Positions 1 through 12,300 of a DNA stretch of 64,000 bases are shown here, piece by piece. The stretch covers positions 25,516,912-25,580,911 of the forward strand of contig NC_092675.1 in the NCBI RefSeq assembly GCF_964355755.1. Reading direction: 5' to 3'. The number at the start of each line of letters is the position of its first letter. Position 1 is the stretch's first letter. The position numbers were made by a program, and so were the translations under genes. The notes beneath the pieces are model-generated. The model did not search any database. It had not been told where the DNA came from and was given only the letters and a program-made list of their open reading frames with translations. This DNA comes from Antedon mediterranea (Eukaryota; Animalia; Echinodermata).

Positions 1-341
1 TGTATTTTTCATCAAATTTACCAACAAAGATACTGTGCACATACGTTTATATAAAATCGGTTATTGGTAGGTTGTTTTACTGTAGTAATAGTATGAAAAT
101 AATATCTTTAGAATCAATATTTGAAATGAATAAAGTAATATCGGGGAAAAAAGTATGGATAGATACAGTCAGCCTTTGATTTAGGAGTTACTGGCCTGAA
201 TAAATTACAGTGTTAAAATTACTGATGGGCAGTACAGTAATATTGAATTCAGATAAAAAAAGTTAAAGATAATCTTAAGAACGACCCTCAGCATTATAAA
301 AAGCAATTCTTATTATTTCGGTAACAAAATAAAAAATTTAC

Positions 342-444
342 CTTTATATTTTGATAAATTAATTTCACTGAAATCTCCATTAACTACAGCAGTTCCACTG
401 AAGTTGGGTGCTGGTTTGGTGATTTGGCATTTTCCTGATGACAT
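342..444 (-). CDS. PRDX1: Typical 2-Cys peroxiredoxin (Prdx1/2-like), first coding exon; gene continues off the left edge
   Basis: Reverse strand reads MSSGKCQITKPAPNFSGTAVVNGDFSEINLSKYK(G), then a GT donor at 341. This matches the PRDX1/2 N-terminus (MSSGNAKIGHPAPNFKATAV...ISLSDYKG). AG acceptor at 463-464, 18 nt above the ATG. Paralogue identity (1 vs 2) cannot be resolved from one exon. Confidence 0.88.
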
Positions 445-899
445 TTTGCAATAGCGGTTATGCTGTAAACAAAATTATCATTAAACAAAATTATCATTAA
501 AAAAAATTCATTTCCATCTCCCGAACAATTTGAAATTGCACCAGTTACTTGCACAAAATATTGCGCATATCGCGCAATCAGATAGGCCATACTATTACAG
601 CGTAACCTCTCTCCTCTCTGATCCTCAAAACATCATCTTCATGAATACACTCAATAAATGTCAGAACACTGGTACCATGCAGTGTGGGCGATTCCTTTCG
701 TGTGTGGTGGAGAGAGTTCACTGTAGTCTGTACAGTCCCCCGGTGCCGGCAAGTTGAAGGCCTGGCCTAGCTAGTCAGGCCTAGGCTAACTACTACTAGG
801 CCTAGGCCTAGGCACTGCCAGCCATGCACATTTTCTAAAATAGTTTTAGTCATGTCTTTAAATTATTTTCATATAATAGATATTAAATAATGGTAAAAA

Positions 900-1590
900 A
901 CTTACCTGTGAACGCCGGTTATCCGCGAGGAGATTGTGTTGAATTATTGTTGCAGGTTGGAATTAGTTGCCAGTAATGAATTCGAATTGCACCAAATATT
1001 AATATAAATTGCTGATTATTTTTGTCTTTCATTGTACACATAGAGGGAGACATTTATCATGTGGATCATCGCGAATTTTCTCGCTGGATTTTTAAAATTA
1101 GTTGGTAGGCATCAATGTTCATTTATTTTAATTATAAAATATATTTTTGAATTCATAAAATAATTTTTTATTTTTCTATTCATACAAAGTGATTTGTGTA
1201 GATTTCATCGGGTTAGCCTAGGCTAGGCCTATCTAGCTAGGCCCTAGCTAGTAGCTAGTAGGCCCTACTAGCTAGGGGCAGGCTAGGCTAGGTTATGTAG
1301 GCCCTAGACTAGGCCTCCTAGAGGCTAGTCTAGACTCTCTCTAGGCTAGCCTAGCTAGGGCCGAGCCTTACTACTAGGCCTAGCCTACATACAGCCTACA
1401 CAGGTAGTCCTCTCTCTCTCTGGTCTGCTCTGGCTGGCTGTAGTGTAGGCCTAGTGGTGAGCATTCAGTAGGGACAGGGTACAGGACCAGGCCAGGCTAT
1501 TTAATTTTTTATAGGAAAAGTTATTAGGTAAATAATATGTGATGTAAAGTTACTCAATTAATATTAATTTGATTTATTTTTTAGCAAAAG
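900..1590. promoter_or_regulatory. Putative bidirectional promoter/5' UTR region between peroxiredoxin and RAD17
   Basis: Divergent genes whose ATGs (444 minus, 1591 plus) each follow a splice acceptor. CpG-containing core around 900-1100. Confidence 0.5.
906..1060 (-). other. Probable 5' non-coding exon of the peroxiredoxin
   Basis: Strong donor CAG|GTAAG at 906/905 on the minus strand in CpG-rich DNA. No in-frame ATG extends the CDS. The 5' boundary is a guess. Confidence 0.5.
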
Positions 1591-4500
1591 ATGGCAGAGC
1601 AAACAGTGACACCTGGCAGTAAATCAAAAAATGCATCGAAAAAGGTACAATACTAGTCTGGGTTCCAGACGGAGTTTTGTCTTAATATTAGTAAAAAGAT
1701 AAATATTTTGGCACATATGGCGTTTCATACGTATACTACTTGATTTTGGATACTCCGTCTGGGGAAACACGCACAAGTCACGTGGTTTGACACCAAGAAT
1801 TCTTGGTGCATACGATTATCCGGTTGACTAGTTTCAGCTGCATGCGATTGGCTACTCACTCGTACACCATTTTAATATTCATATTTCAGGATTTCCAAAG
1901 ACTCGATCAACAACTAAGATGATGTGCATGCGCTATGTTACGTTTAGACAATGTGAACTTCGGTACATTTATGAAAGTTTCAGAAGGCTATAAATTATTT
2001 TATATGCCTAGTAGTCTGGTATACATTTGATGGGATTTTTCCCAAGAACATGAAAACTCGTCTTGATATGATAGGCTAGCTTCTCCGCAAATCAAACATT
2101 GAATGGGTCATTTATTACGCGGAGATAATTTTGATTTAATTCCCACCCAGACCCTGTCCTGTTCTGTGTTGTGGTGTAGCCCTGTTGTGTGTCGGAGGTG
2201 GTATGTAGGGCTACTTTATTGGCGTTTTATTTGGCAGGTCATACGTGCGAGTTGAGTGGGACCTACGAAAGAGGCCTAGGCCAAGGACTAAACAATTAAT
2301 AAACAAAACAACTTGGCATTACGATTTTGTATTTCAACAGTCTCGATCGTACATTGAGTCAGCAGCACTGTACGTACGTCTCGATCTTTTTCATTTTGAA
2401 ACAAAATGATCATTTGTTGATTCGAAATCCATATTTACATACCACCCGCCCCATATAGCCAAATACGGTATGGAAACCTACGTCATTCTTATCGGATGTT
2501 TGCGGTCTGCAAATCGATTTCTATACGTGTTTCACAAGTCTGTATTTTCAGACAAAAATCGCGGTCGAAATAAAAACAAATAAATAAAAAAAAAAGATAA
2601 TACAGACTTGGGGCAAGTCTAGTACAATACAAGTGATGAATACTGATACTGTTATGCATGATTTAGACGATAAGTTACGGATTTCTCTCCAGAGGGTCGG
2701 AGGGGGAATCTTATTTATACAATTTTACTTTCCAATTTGCAGTCTATGTTGCAGAGTTCAGAGCGTGTGGCTTTTTGCACAATTGCCACATAAATGCTTT
2801 CCATTTACCTACAGTATGTGCTATTCTCCTCCTACATGCTGAACGAACAAATTAGTGTCTTGATGAAAGTATTTTATTTCCTCTAGAAAACATTATGGGT
2901 CACGCCAGCTTTTGATGATTTTGATCAAAAGTTCAAAATGCCGAAAAGGAATATTGCAACAAGTAGCGTCAACAGCAAGAAAAGGAATCGCGCTGAAATG
3001 CATAATGAAGAGAAAAATACATTAGCGGTGAAAGTTAGACAACGTACAATTGAAGTTGATGTTTGGGTTGATAAACATAAACCAAAAAATAAGGTAATAC
3101 TAATAACAAAAACAATGACCATTTAGACCCGAAGATAACATACACTTCACAATTATCGCAGGTATCTTTCTAATTCATGATGATGATGTTTTATTTTTTA
3201 TATTTTTAGAATGAACTGGCTGTCCATAAAAAGAAGGTTCTTGAAGTTGAAATGTGGTTTAAAAACCACATTGAAAAATCAAATCCCAAAGTAAGTTCAG
3301 TGTCTGAATTTAAATAGTTGGTTTTTATGTATTAAATTACTACTTCTTTTATTAAAAATAATGTATAGCTGGTTATACCAAAATGTAGTCCTAAAATATA
3401 TATCAATCATATTTTAACATTATTCTGTGTGTTGTATTAACAAAGCATTCCTAATTGTCTTTAAATGATTAGAAAAACACACTTCTAAGGCAAATGATAA
3501 CTAATACCCTTTTCACATCTGCATAAAATGTAACAAGTTCCTAACCCGGTTTGATCTCCTGACTTATTGTACACTTATTACATACGCGAACCTTGTGAAA
3601 GAATAGGAGGAAAGCATTCACACTATGCAAACCTGGTTACAAGTTGTTACATTTTGAAAAGGGTATAGATGACATTTTTCAGGGCAGTTCAGAGTTGTTC
3701 TTAAAATTCAATTGATAAACATTTTAAATTAAATCATATTAATCAAATTGGGTCACACACAATTTATTGTTTTAGAATGCATCAATACTACTACTAACTG
3801 GGCCAGCAGGGGCTGGTAAAACTGCTACTATACAAACACTTGCCAAAGAAATGCATTTAGAAGTCCAAGAATGGATAAATCCACTAACAGACGTTTACCA
3901 AAATGATATTACACCAGGTAAATCCCACATTAAAATGACTGATGTGAGTAACAAAGTAGACATTTAGTTCAGTTGTACATTATTTTTAAAGTTAAAAAGT
4001 TAAAATCCAAAAGCAAAATACTGAAAATATGAAAATGCTGTGAGTATCAGTGGCTGTATCTCAATGAAGATACTTGATGATATAAGCAAAAAGCTAAATC
4101 AAAACAATAAAATAAAACAGCCAGAAATAAATATATTGTTTATTTTAAAATTTATTTAGCATATTTATATATTATCATCTTTGTTTTCAAACAGATTATA
4201 ATTCAAGAGCCGGTCAAGCGTATCAATCACAAACAACATTGTTTTCTGATTTTCTTTCAAGAGCCAATAGATATCAAACATTGCAATTGTTTGGAGAAGC
4301 ATCATACAAGCAGAAAGTAATAATTATTGAAGTAAGGACATTGTACAATACAACTAGAAGGTTAACTCCAACTTGTATGCTTGTATTGTCCACTTGTTGA
4401 GCGTAATCCTTATGCCTTACTAAGCAACTGTTAAATATCAAAATCGTCAATGATAATATATTATTCAAAAGTGTTTTTCAAATTCTTATCCTTATTTAGG

Positions 4501-7500
4501 AGTTGCCTCATACGTTCCTCCGCGAGCCTCAGCAATTGCATGCAATTCTTCAAAAGTATAAGAAAACAGGTCGGAGCCCTCTAGTGTTTATAATAAGCGA
4601 CATAGCAAGAGGAGACAGTGTTGTTAGGAAGTTATTCTCAAAGGATATACAGATTGCACTGGACGTTCAAGAAATTAGGTACAGGCAATGTTTAAATTAT
4701 GATTATATGTATAGAAGTCACAATAAGGTGTTCCAATTATGATAAAAAGTATTTATAGGACAGTTGGGATGCTAGAGTAATCTTTGGAGATTTTAAAAGA
4801 AAATCTTCTAAATGCAATAAAATTAAAATAACGTGACAATTAAAAGGATGTTGATAATTATGTTTCAGCTTTAATCCAGTAGCACCCACTAGTATGTGTA
4901 AAGTTTTGACAAGTATTGCTACCATAGAAACTGCAAAGGTTTGTCTATACCATGTATTTTATAATTCATGCCATCTGATTGGTTAATAGTCATTTTATAG
5001 TTTCAACCATGTTCTAATTTCCTTTGTATTGTCTGCTTCCACAAAATAAAAGAAACTTAGAATATACTATATCCCTTGACTTGGTCTTGGAATATAGATA
5101 TCCAGATCACCTTAACTATAATTTGAACATTACCCCTCCTGTAAGTCAATATTTTTGTAATAATGCCAAAATGTAAAACACATACTGTAGTTATACTAAA
5201 ATGACTGATTAGGATTTTGTGTGGCATAACGGTTATGAGCGCTCACTGGCTAAACTTAGGAGCTCTGGAGCTTATGGGAACCCCTTAGCAGAGCCCAGAG
5301 GAAAAAAGACATTAAAATATGTCGAAAAGGGCTAAAAACACCTAAGACCTCCAGTGTTTGAGAGTCATTTAGATTTCTTAAACCAGCCTCTGCTTAACGC
5401 CACTGATTTTAACCCAATGATATGATGAAAAATGATAACATTAAATTGTTGGCGATGAGTGATTTGCTAGTGAAGGATTAATAATGATCATTTTGTTTTA
5501 TACATAAAGGGAGTTTCTACATTACATGTTCCATGTAAGACAACTATTCAGGCTCTAGCAGAAGCAAGTACAGGGGATATTAGAGGAGCTATAAACGCTT
5601 TGCAGTTTGCATGCTTGAAAGGTTTGTAAAATATAATAACTCCTATTTTCATCATTTTGATAGTTAGTAAATGTTATTTTTATATTCTACACTGTTCTGT
5701 TGTTTTTGTTCTACACAGATTCGAATACGTCAAAATCTTGGTTCGATCTTGAACGAAGGCCAAAAAATCAGACGAAAAGGAAAACCACGAAACAAGGAAA
5801 ACAGGGAAGTAAATTAGGAAAGCGAAAATCAGAAGAAGAGATTGATGGGAAAAGTTTAGCAGCAATAGGAGGAAGAGATACATCTATGTTTCTTTTTAGA
5901 GCACTTGGAAAAATTCTTTACTGTAAAAGTGAGTGTTAAAATAATTGGGAAATTTTAATTCATTAGCTTTTAACATGATAACAAACATGGACATTTATAC
6001 CGAGTTGCCTACTTGTTGAGATATTTAAATATAGTTTCTTTTTCTTCTTGTGTTTAGGGGTAGAGCCAAACGCAGATGATGATAATCCATCTTTACCATC
6101 TCACTTACAACATCATGATAGAGATAAACTAAAATTCAACCCGGAGGTAAAAGCACCATTGCTATTTTTCTATATTGAAAACAGAACATGTCCAAATTAT
6201 TATACTGCAGTTGCTCTATATTTCTTGCTGCAATGATATTAGTTTTTGAGTGATTTACTGTAATAACAGTGTGTATGATTAGACAAAAAAAAATTGTAGT
6301 GAATTAGAATAATTTTGACGCGAGTTGTACTGGCTGCCTGTCCAGCAAAGGATTGAATTTAAGATCTTGGTACAGGTACATAACTTCATCAATGGTTCAG
6401 CACCCATCTATTTACAGGAACTAATTCAGAAGTATAACCAGATCCACACAAGATATTTCTCGTCTTGCTGTTCCTAAAACTAGTAGACTATTTGGTGATA
6501 GATCATTTTCTGTCATTGGACCGAAGTTATGGAATAATTTACCTATTAATGTGCATATAGCTCCAAGTGTACAATGTTTTAAAAAATTGTTAAAAAGTTA
6601 TATTTTCCTTAAGGAATAATTTAGATGTTCTTATAGATTTGTCTTTGTATACTGCTCTAATTAGTGTACAGCGCTTAGTCTTCTGCAAAGAAATGTATGC
6701 ATTCAACTTAATGCAAGATTTTGATTTTATCTTCTTTAGTTTTTTATTTCAATCAAGATCTAGTATTCTTTCTTTTGTTTTAACATGTTAATCTATAAGA
6801 TACCAATACTAATAACTAATATGAATATTTAATACCAATAATAATTATTTATCTTTTCTTTAGGATGTAATCAATCAAACTCAAATTAGTAGTGATATGT
6901 TTAATTTATACCTGCACCAGAATTACCTTGAATTTTACAATAGGATTGATGATGTAGTACGGGGGAGTGAATACCTCAGTGACGCTGACTTATTGTCTTG
7001 CAATTGGTCTGTAAGTAATGACATTTATTTTAAATGATTGTATTACAAATAACTTCACAATATCATACATAAATTATGGAAGAGACAGCAAAAACAAAGA
7101 ACTAAAGTTGGAGAATGTTATCCTGTTTAAATCTCTGTCTACACTATCAAACTTTATGTAACAAAAAAATGTGATGTGCCTATATATGGACATGATGATG
7201 TCATATCACTACCATATTTGGGCACATCACTTTTTTTGTCAGACTAATTTGATAGGGTAGACAGAGCTTAAATATAATACAATAAGCTAATATGTAATTT
7301 ATATTGTTTTTCTAGCATCGTAGTATTTTATCAGAGTATAGTAGTTGCATAGCAGCAAGAGGTGTAGTGCATTGCAATTCAACTAGGAGTCGACACAATA
7401 CATGTACTGGTAGTCTGGGATGGAAACCACTGCATAAACCACAATGGTGGCAGGTTGCGAAACAGGTAAACACATGTTGCATAGTGTATAGCAAAAGAAT

Positions 7501-8692
7501 ATCTTAAAGAGATCTATATTTATGAATGCTAATATGAATTTGAATGCAAATAATGTTTGTACCGGTCTAAAGCTCTGTCTACACTATCAAACTACTTTGA
7601 CAAAAAAAGGTGTGGTGTTCCCAAATATGGTAGTGATATGATGTCATATTATGGGCATGACACATTTTTTTGTCAAATAAAGTTTGACAGTGTAGACAAA
7701 GCTTTATGCCTGTTATTTTACAGAGTATTTTGTAGATGCGAGAAACCGTTGTACTTGTATCATCAGTATTTTAAATGACTAAATTGTTTATTTTTAGAAT
7801 CGTAATAATGCATATTCAGCCAAAGCCTTGTTCCATACCTATTGTTCAACACCTGTAGAATTACACACTCAATTTTTACCTTTTCTAAGTCGCATCAAGT
7901 TACCATTACATTCACCAGGTACGGTATGTCATTTATTGCTGATTATTTTGCACTCAAATATGTGTGATTTATATGTGAAATACTTCAATTATTTTTTAGT
8001 GATTAAATAAACTTCACTGTAATTTGCATTTAGGTCAAATGTCTCTTTTACAAGAATTAAACAGTTTTTCAACTTCAACAAGGTATGTAGGAAAAATCAT
8101 AGCAAATTATATTTAACTTGTACACTACCATATGTTGTGTTTGAAAAAAAAAAACAACACTCTTAATATACAATTGTTGTACACCTTTTTATGCAGTATT
8201 ATTATAATGTAAGGAATAATTGTATGTACAGTAGTAATATGACACTATGTTCAGCGCCAAAATTGATGCTTGTGCTACGATTAAAATTATTCAATTTTTT
8301 TGTAGTTAGTAAGTGTATCATTGTTTCATTTTATTTCCTTGTAATTTTTTTATTATCTGCTTTGATAGTAATTAAGGTCTTTTTACATTTTCTTTTGAGC
8401 ATGGCCTTACTGAAAAACAACTTTCAGTTGAGTTAAGTATCCGTGAATAAATAAAGCTTATTATTATTATTTCAGATCAAGATTTGAAAGATTAGATGAA
8501 AAGGATGTTGAAAACACAGAAGTTGAAGATTCCGCTTCTCAAATGTCAGCAGTTCAAGAAAGCAGTACGGAAAGTGTTATAAAATCATCCTTATATGATA
8601 ATGATATAGACATTGGAGATTTTGATGATGATAACTTAATAGATGATTTTTATGATGATAATGATTGGGGAAACAGTTTTTCAGACCCATGA
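1591..8692 (+). CDS. RAD17: Cell cycle checkpoint protein RAD17 (RFC-like clamp loader subunit), 15 coding exons, 654 aa
   Basis: Exons 1591-1644, 2887-3093, 3210-3290, 3776-3917, 4195-4331, 4500-4678, 4869-4938, 5510-5621, 5719-5928, 6058-6146, 6864-7010, 7316-7465, 7798-7918, 8034-8082, 8476-8692. All GT-AG and phase-consistent (1965 nt). Motifs: WVDKHKP, ELAVHKKK, Walker A GPAGAGKT, Walker B IIIEELP, FNPVAPT, GDIRGAINALQF, LFRALGKILYCK, LYLHQNY, PLHKPQW, acidic tail. Confidence 0.96.
1654..2621. mobile_element. Non-autonomous DNA transposon, AcademH-like (TAG...CTA termini, 9-bp TSD)
   Basis: Flanked by the direct repeat GTACAATAC (1645-1653 and 2622-2630). Starts TAGTCTGGGTTCCAGAC and ends GACTTGGGGCAAGTCTA. 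Family call inferred from termini and TSD length. Confidence 0.7.
3504..3666. mobile_element. Small MITE in RAD17 intron 3
   Basis: TIR ATACCCTTTTCA / TGAAAAGGGTAT plus an internal imperfect inverted repeat (AAAATGTAACAA...GGTTTG / CAAACC...TTGTTACATTTT). TSD unclear. Confidence 0.6.
6320..6680 (+). mobile_element. L2/CR1-group LINE 3' remnant
   Basis: Translates with a break to LYWLPVQQRIEFKILV...APIYLQELI...FGDRSFSVIGPKLWNNLP...FKKLLKSYIF, the typical ORF2 C-terminus of L2-like LINEs. Confidence 0.8.
7131..7268. mobile_element. Harbinger-like MITE (AGCTCTGTCTACAC family), copy 1
   Basis: TIR (A)TCTCTGTCTACACTATCAAA / TTTGATAGGGTAGACAGAGCT with TAA on both flanks. Three more copies in the window. 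Confidence 0.8.
7571..7703. mobile_element. Harbinger-like MITE, copy 2 (opposite orientation to copy 1)
   Basis: AGCTCTGTCTACACTATCAAAC...GTTTGACAGTGTAGACAAAGCT. Interior CCCAAATATGGTAGTGATATGA is the reverse complement of the copy 1 interior. Confidence 0.8.
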
Positions 8693-9385
8693 TTGCAATT
8701 TTCAGAGAAGTTAGAATTATTTTTGTTTTTGTAAAGGCATGTGATGCGTGAAATAAAAAAGAACACCTTGGTTTAACTTAACTTTGTTTTTATTTACTAC
8801 CTATGTACAGATTCAATGAAAGTTGCTTATATTTAAGTCAAAATAAAGAGAGATGTGTAGCTATACTTAAGCTTTAACATGGTTTCTAGGTTTTGTTTCT
8901 ATGGTTCCTTCATCAGCAACATTTTCATTCTTGTTCAGGTTAGGTATGACACACCATGTGTGCCAAAATGTTATGTGTGCCAAAATGTTATAGCCTAATT
9001 GTTGTCTAAAACTATGGACCTATAAAGTAATAGGTCCATGCTAAAACCTAGTCACAGTTTATTTGCCATATTCTTATGTATTTTCTTTTTTCTTGCCAAC
9101 AAGTGGTACAATTTAAAGCTAAGCCATATATAATACAATATAAGTTTTGGTCATTGAAATTTTTCACTTGCTAAGCATTTTTGCTATGTAACATGATTTG
9201 TCACTTGGCTGCACAGTGCAGATGTCTGCCTCAGAATTCAGTGGAAGAATTGAGGGAGTGCTCTGAATAGATAAATGAAACCAGACAAAATATCTTCATT
9301 TATTTTTTATTTGTATCCTGTCCACTCCACATATAAATACTGTTAAAAAGCTGCTGTTTTGAGTTTTTTTTGTTAATCAGCAAAT

Positions 9386-12300
9386 CTATAACTTGACAAA
9401 GTTCCACTCAACTTCATAAACTCCTACAGATTCTTGTTTATTTTCATCATAATCCACCCATTCCTGAAAGAGGAAATTAATTTTCTACTACTGTATTCAT
9501 ATTTTGCATTATGATAGAATGTTTTGGTTATTTTGCCAAATTCAATTTTTCACAACTACAGTAACTTGACTTAAGCAAAAACAAATGCCAGCTAAGTCCT
9601 AAAAATGTAACCAATATGCTTACCTTTTCTGTCAAGTCTACTTGAAATGTTGAAGGTGAATCAACACCAGAACAGACGAATCCAACCTACAATAAACAAC
9701 AAGTCTATATTAACTAATTATTATACTGTATTATCACATAAATTGTCAAAAAGGTTACAGAAGTATAGGGAGACTACTGCAAAAAGATATTTTTTTACTG
9801 CACTGGCCTGTAAGTCAACTCAATTTCCGCAACAAAAGAGTATATTATTAGCATTGAAAATAATCATGATTTTGACTTGATGAAACATGTCATTATAGTA
9901 GAGCAGTTAATGACATGAGCTGTGCATTTTATTACCAAAGCATGAAACTTGGCACAAAGTTTCTTTGATGTATATAGATTCAAAATATTGGGGGGTGCCG
10001 AGTGTCCAACGTCCGGTATGGCGGCCATCTTGATTTCAAAATGGCCACCATAAAAACAAAAAATGTTCATATCTTGGCAACTATACACATTAGAGACTTA
10101 ATTCTGGTCTCAAATTGTTCACAAACTATATATTTCTATTTGCTCTAATGAAAAGTTTCGTCCAAAAATGACCGGAAATGACGTTTCTTACAGTTTGACC
10201 TTTGACCTCGTATTTGTATATCTCTGTAACTACTGGTCATTTTCAATCGATTTTGGTGTCATTTTGTTCAGAATAAATACATTTATATTTGTAGTAATGA
10301 AACATTTTCACATAAAATACCGAAAATACAATTTATGACCTTTGACATTAATTTATTGATTTTTAATTATGTGAATATACTGTAGGTGGTTTTTGTTGGT
10401 CTGAAGTGCACCTAATTTTGAACTTTAACCTGATAGGCGTAATTATATTAAATGATTAATGGACTTAAATTGTATATAGTACATAAAATTGGTAAACATT
10501 GTGCTTGGTGGTACCATTAGTTCAATGATGTTGGCACCTTCTGATTCGCTAAAAGTTTTAATAGTTTGACAGAGGAAATAACATACATGTTATTGAATAC
10601 CGTAAAACCTCGAAAAGGTGATAGTATGAGCTTCTTTTCGAGACAGACTGTATTTGATTGTCAAATGAATAGTATGATGATCGTGTTTATATCAATATAT
10701 TATTAATGACCTTACAAAGAACCCTTTCTATTTCAACAATTAAGCCACAGTTATTCTACAATTTATTGTTTTCCAAGTGGTAGGCCTATTTTGATTGCAT
10801 CTTATTTTTGTATGCTTCCTCGGTTAATATGGTCCTAACCCTCCTTCTTTGTCTGTAGATGGTCTTATACCCCATTCTTTGTCTGTGGATGGTCTTATAC
10901 CCGCTTCTGTGTCTGTTGATGGTATTATTACACCCCTTTCTTTATGTGTGGATGGTCTTACACCCATTTCTTTGTCTGTAAATGGTCTTACACCCCTTCT
11001 TTGTCTGTGGATGGTCCTACACTCCCTTCTTTGTCTGTGGATGGTCCACACCCTCTTCTTTGTATGTGGATGGTCTTACAACCCCTTCTTTGGCTGTGGA
11101 TGGTCTTACACCCCCTTCTTTGTCTGGACCCACTACTTTGATTGATTAAATTAGACATTGTTTCTTGGTCTTATACCCCCTTCTGTGTCTGTTGATGGTA
11201 TTACACCCCTTTCTTTGTCTGTTGATGGTATTAAACCCCTTTCTTTGTCTGTGGACGGTCTTATACCCCTTTCTTTGTCTGTTGATGGTATTACACCCCT
11301 TTCTTTGTCTGTTGATGGTATTACACCCCTTTCTTTGTGTGTGGATGGTCTTACACCCCTGTCTTTGTCTGTAGATGGTCTTATAATCCCTTCTTTGTAT
11401 GTGGATGGTCTTGGACTCCTTTAATTTGTCTGTGGATGGTCTTACACCCCCTTCTTTGTCTGTGGATGGTCTTATATCCCCTTCTTTGTCTGTGGATGGT
11501 CTTCTCCCCTTCTTTGTCTGTGGATGGTCCTACACTCCCTTCTTTGTCTGTGGATGGTCCTACACCCCTTATTTGTCTGTGGTTGGTCTTATACCCTCTT
11601 CTTTGTCTGTAAGTGGTCCTATACCCCTTTCTTTGTCAGTGGATGGTCTTGCACCCCATTCTTTGTCTGTGGACGGTCCTACGCCCCCTTCTTTGTCTGT
11701 GGATGGTCCTATACCCCTTTTTTGTCAACGGATGGTCTTATACCCCCTTCTTTGTATGTGGACGGTCCTACATCCCCTTCTTTGTCTGTAGATGGCCTTA
11801 CACCCCTTTCTTTGTCTGTGGATGGTCTTATACCTCCTTCTTTGTGTGTGGATGGTCTTACACCCCCTTCTTTGTCTGTGGATGGTCTTACACCCCCTTT
11901 TTTGTCTGTGGGTGGTCTATACCCTCTTCTTTGTGTGTGGATGATCTTACAACCCCTTCTTTGGCTGTGGATGGTCTTACACCCCCTTCTTTGTCTGGAC
12001 CCACTACTTTGATTGATTAAATTAGACATTGCTTCTTGTATGATTAGGAAACCAAGACTTTTAAAGTGAAAGCCCACAGGTGGATGCCTAAACAGGTCTT
12101 GTACAGAACAGTATATTGTAGGTCCATGTCACTAATTTGAGGATTACTTGAATAATTATATTGAGATGTCTTTTACGAATTTATTTAGTTCGGATTTTGC
12201 TAAAAAATCAATGACTAGAGAAAATCGAGAAAAAGGATTCAGATGAAAGGTTTACAGCAAAGGTCCATTACCATAAAAATGGAGTAGGCCTACATTTTTT

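Noticed and set aside
919-1053. 44-codon upstream ORF on the peroxiredoxin strand
   Set aside because: No similarity recognised, and it may lie upstream of the transcription start.
5417-5495. Possible C/D snoRNA in a RAD17 intron (ATGATGA box C); similar box at 2633
   Set aside because: No properly placed CTGA box D with a terminal stem.
10824-12077. Many overlapping 65-162-aa ORFs with SVDGLTPLSL / RPSTDKEGG repeats
   Set aside because: They are a by-product of a 30-bp minisatellite open in several frames, broken by frequent indels and located inside a transposon in an intron.
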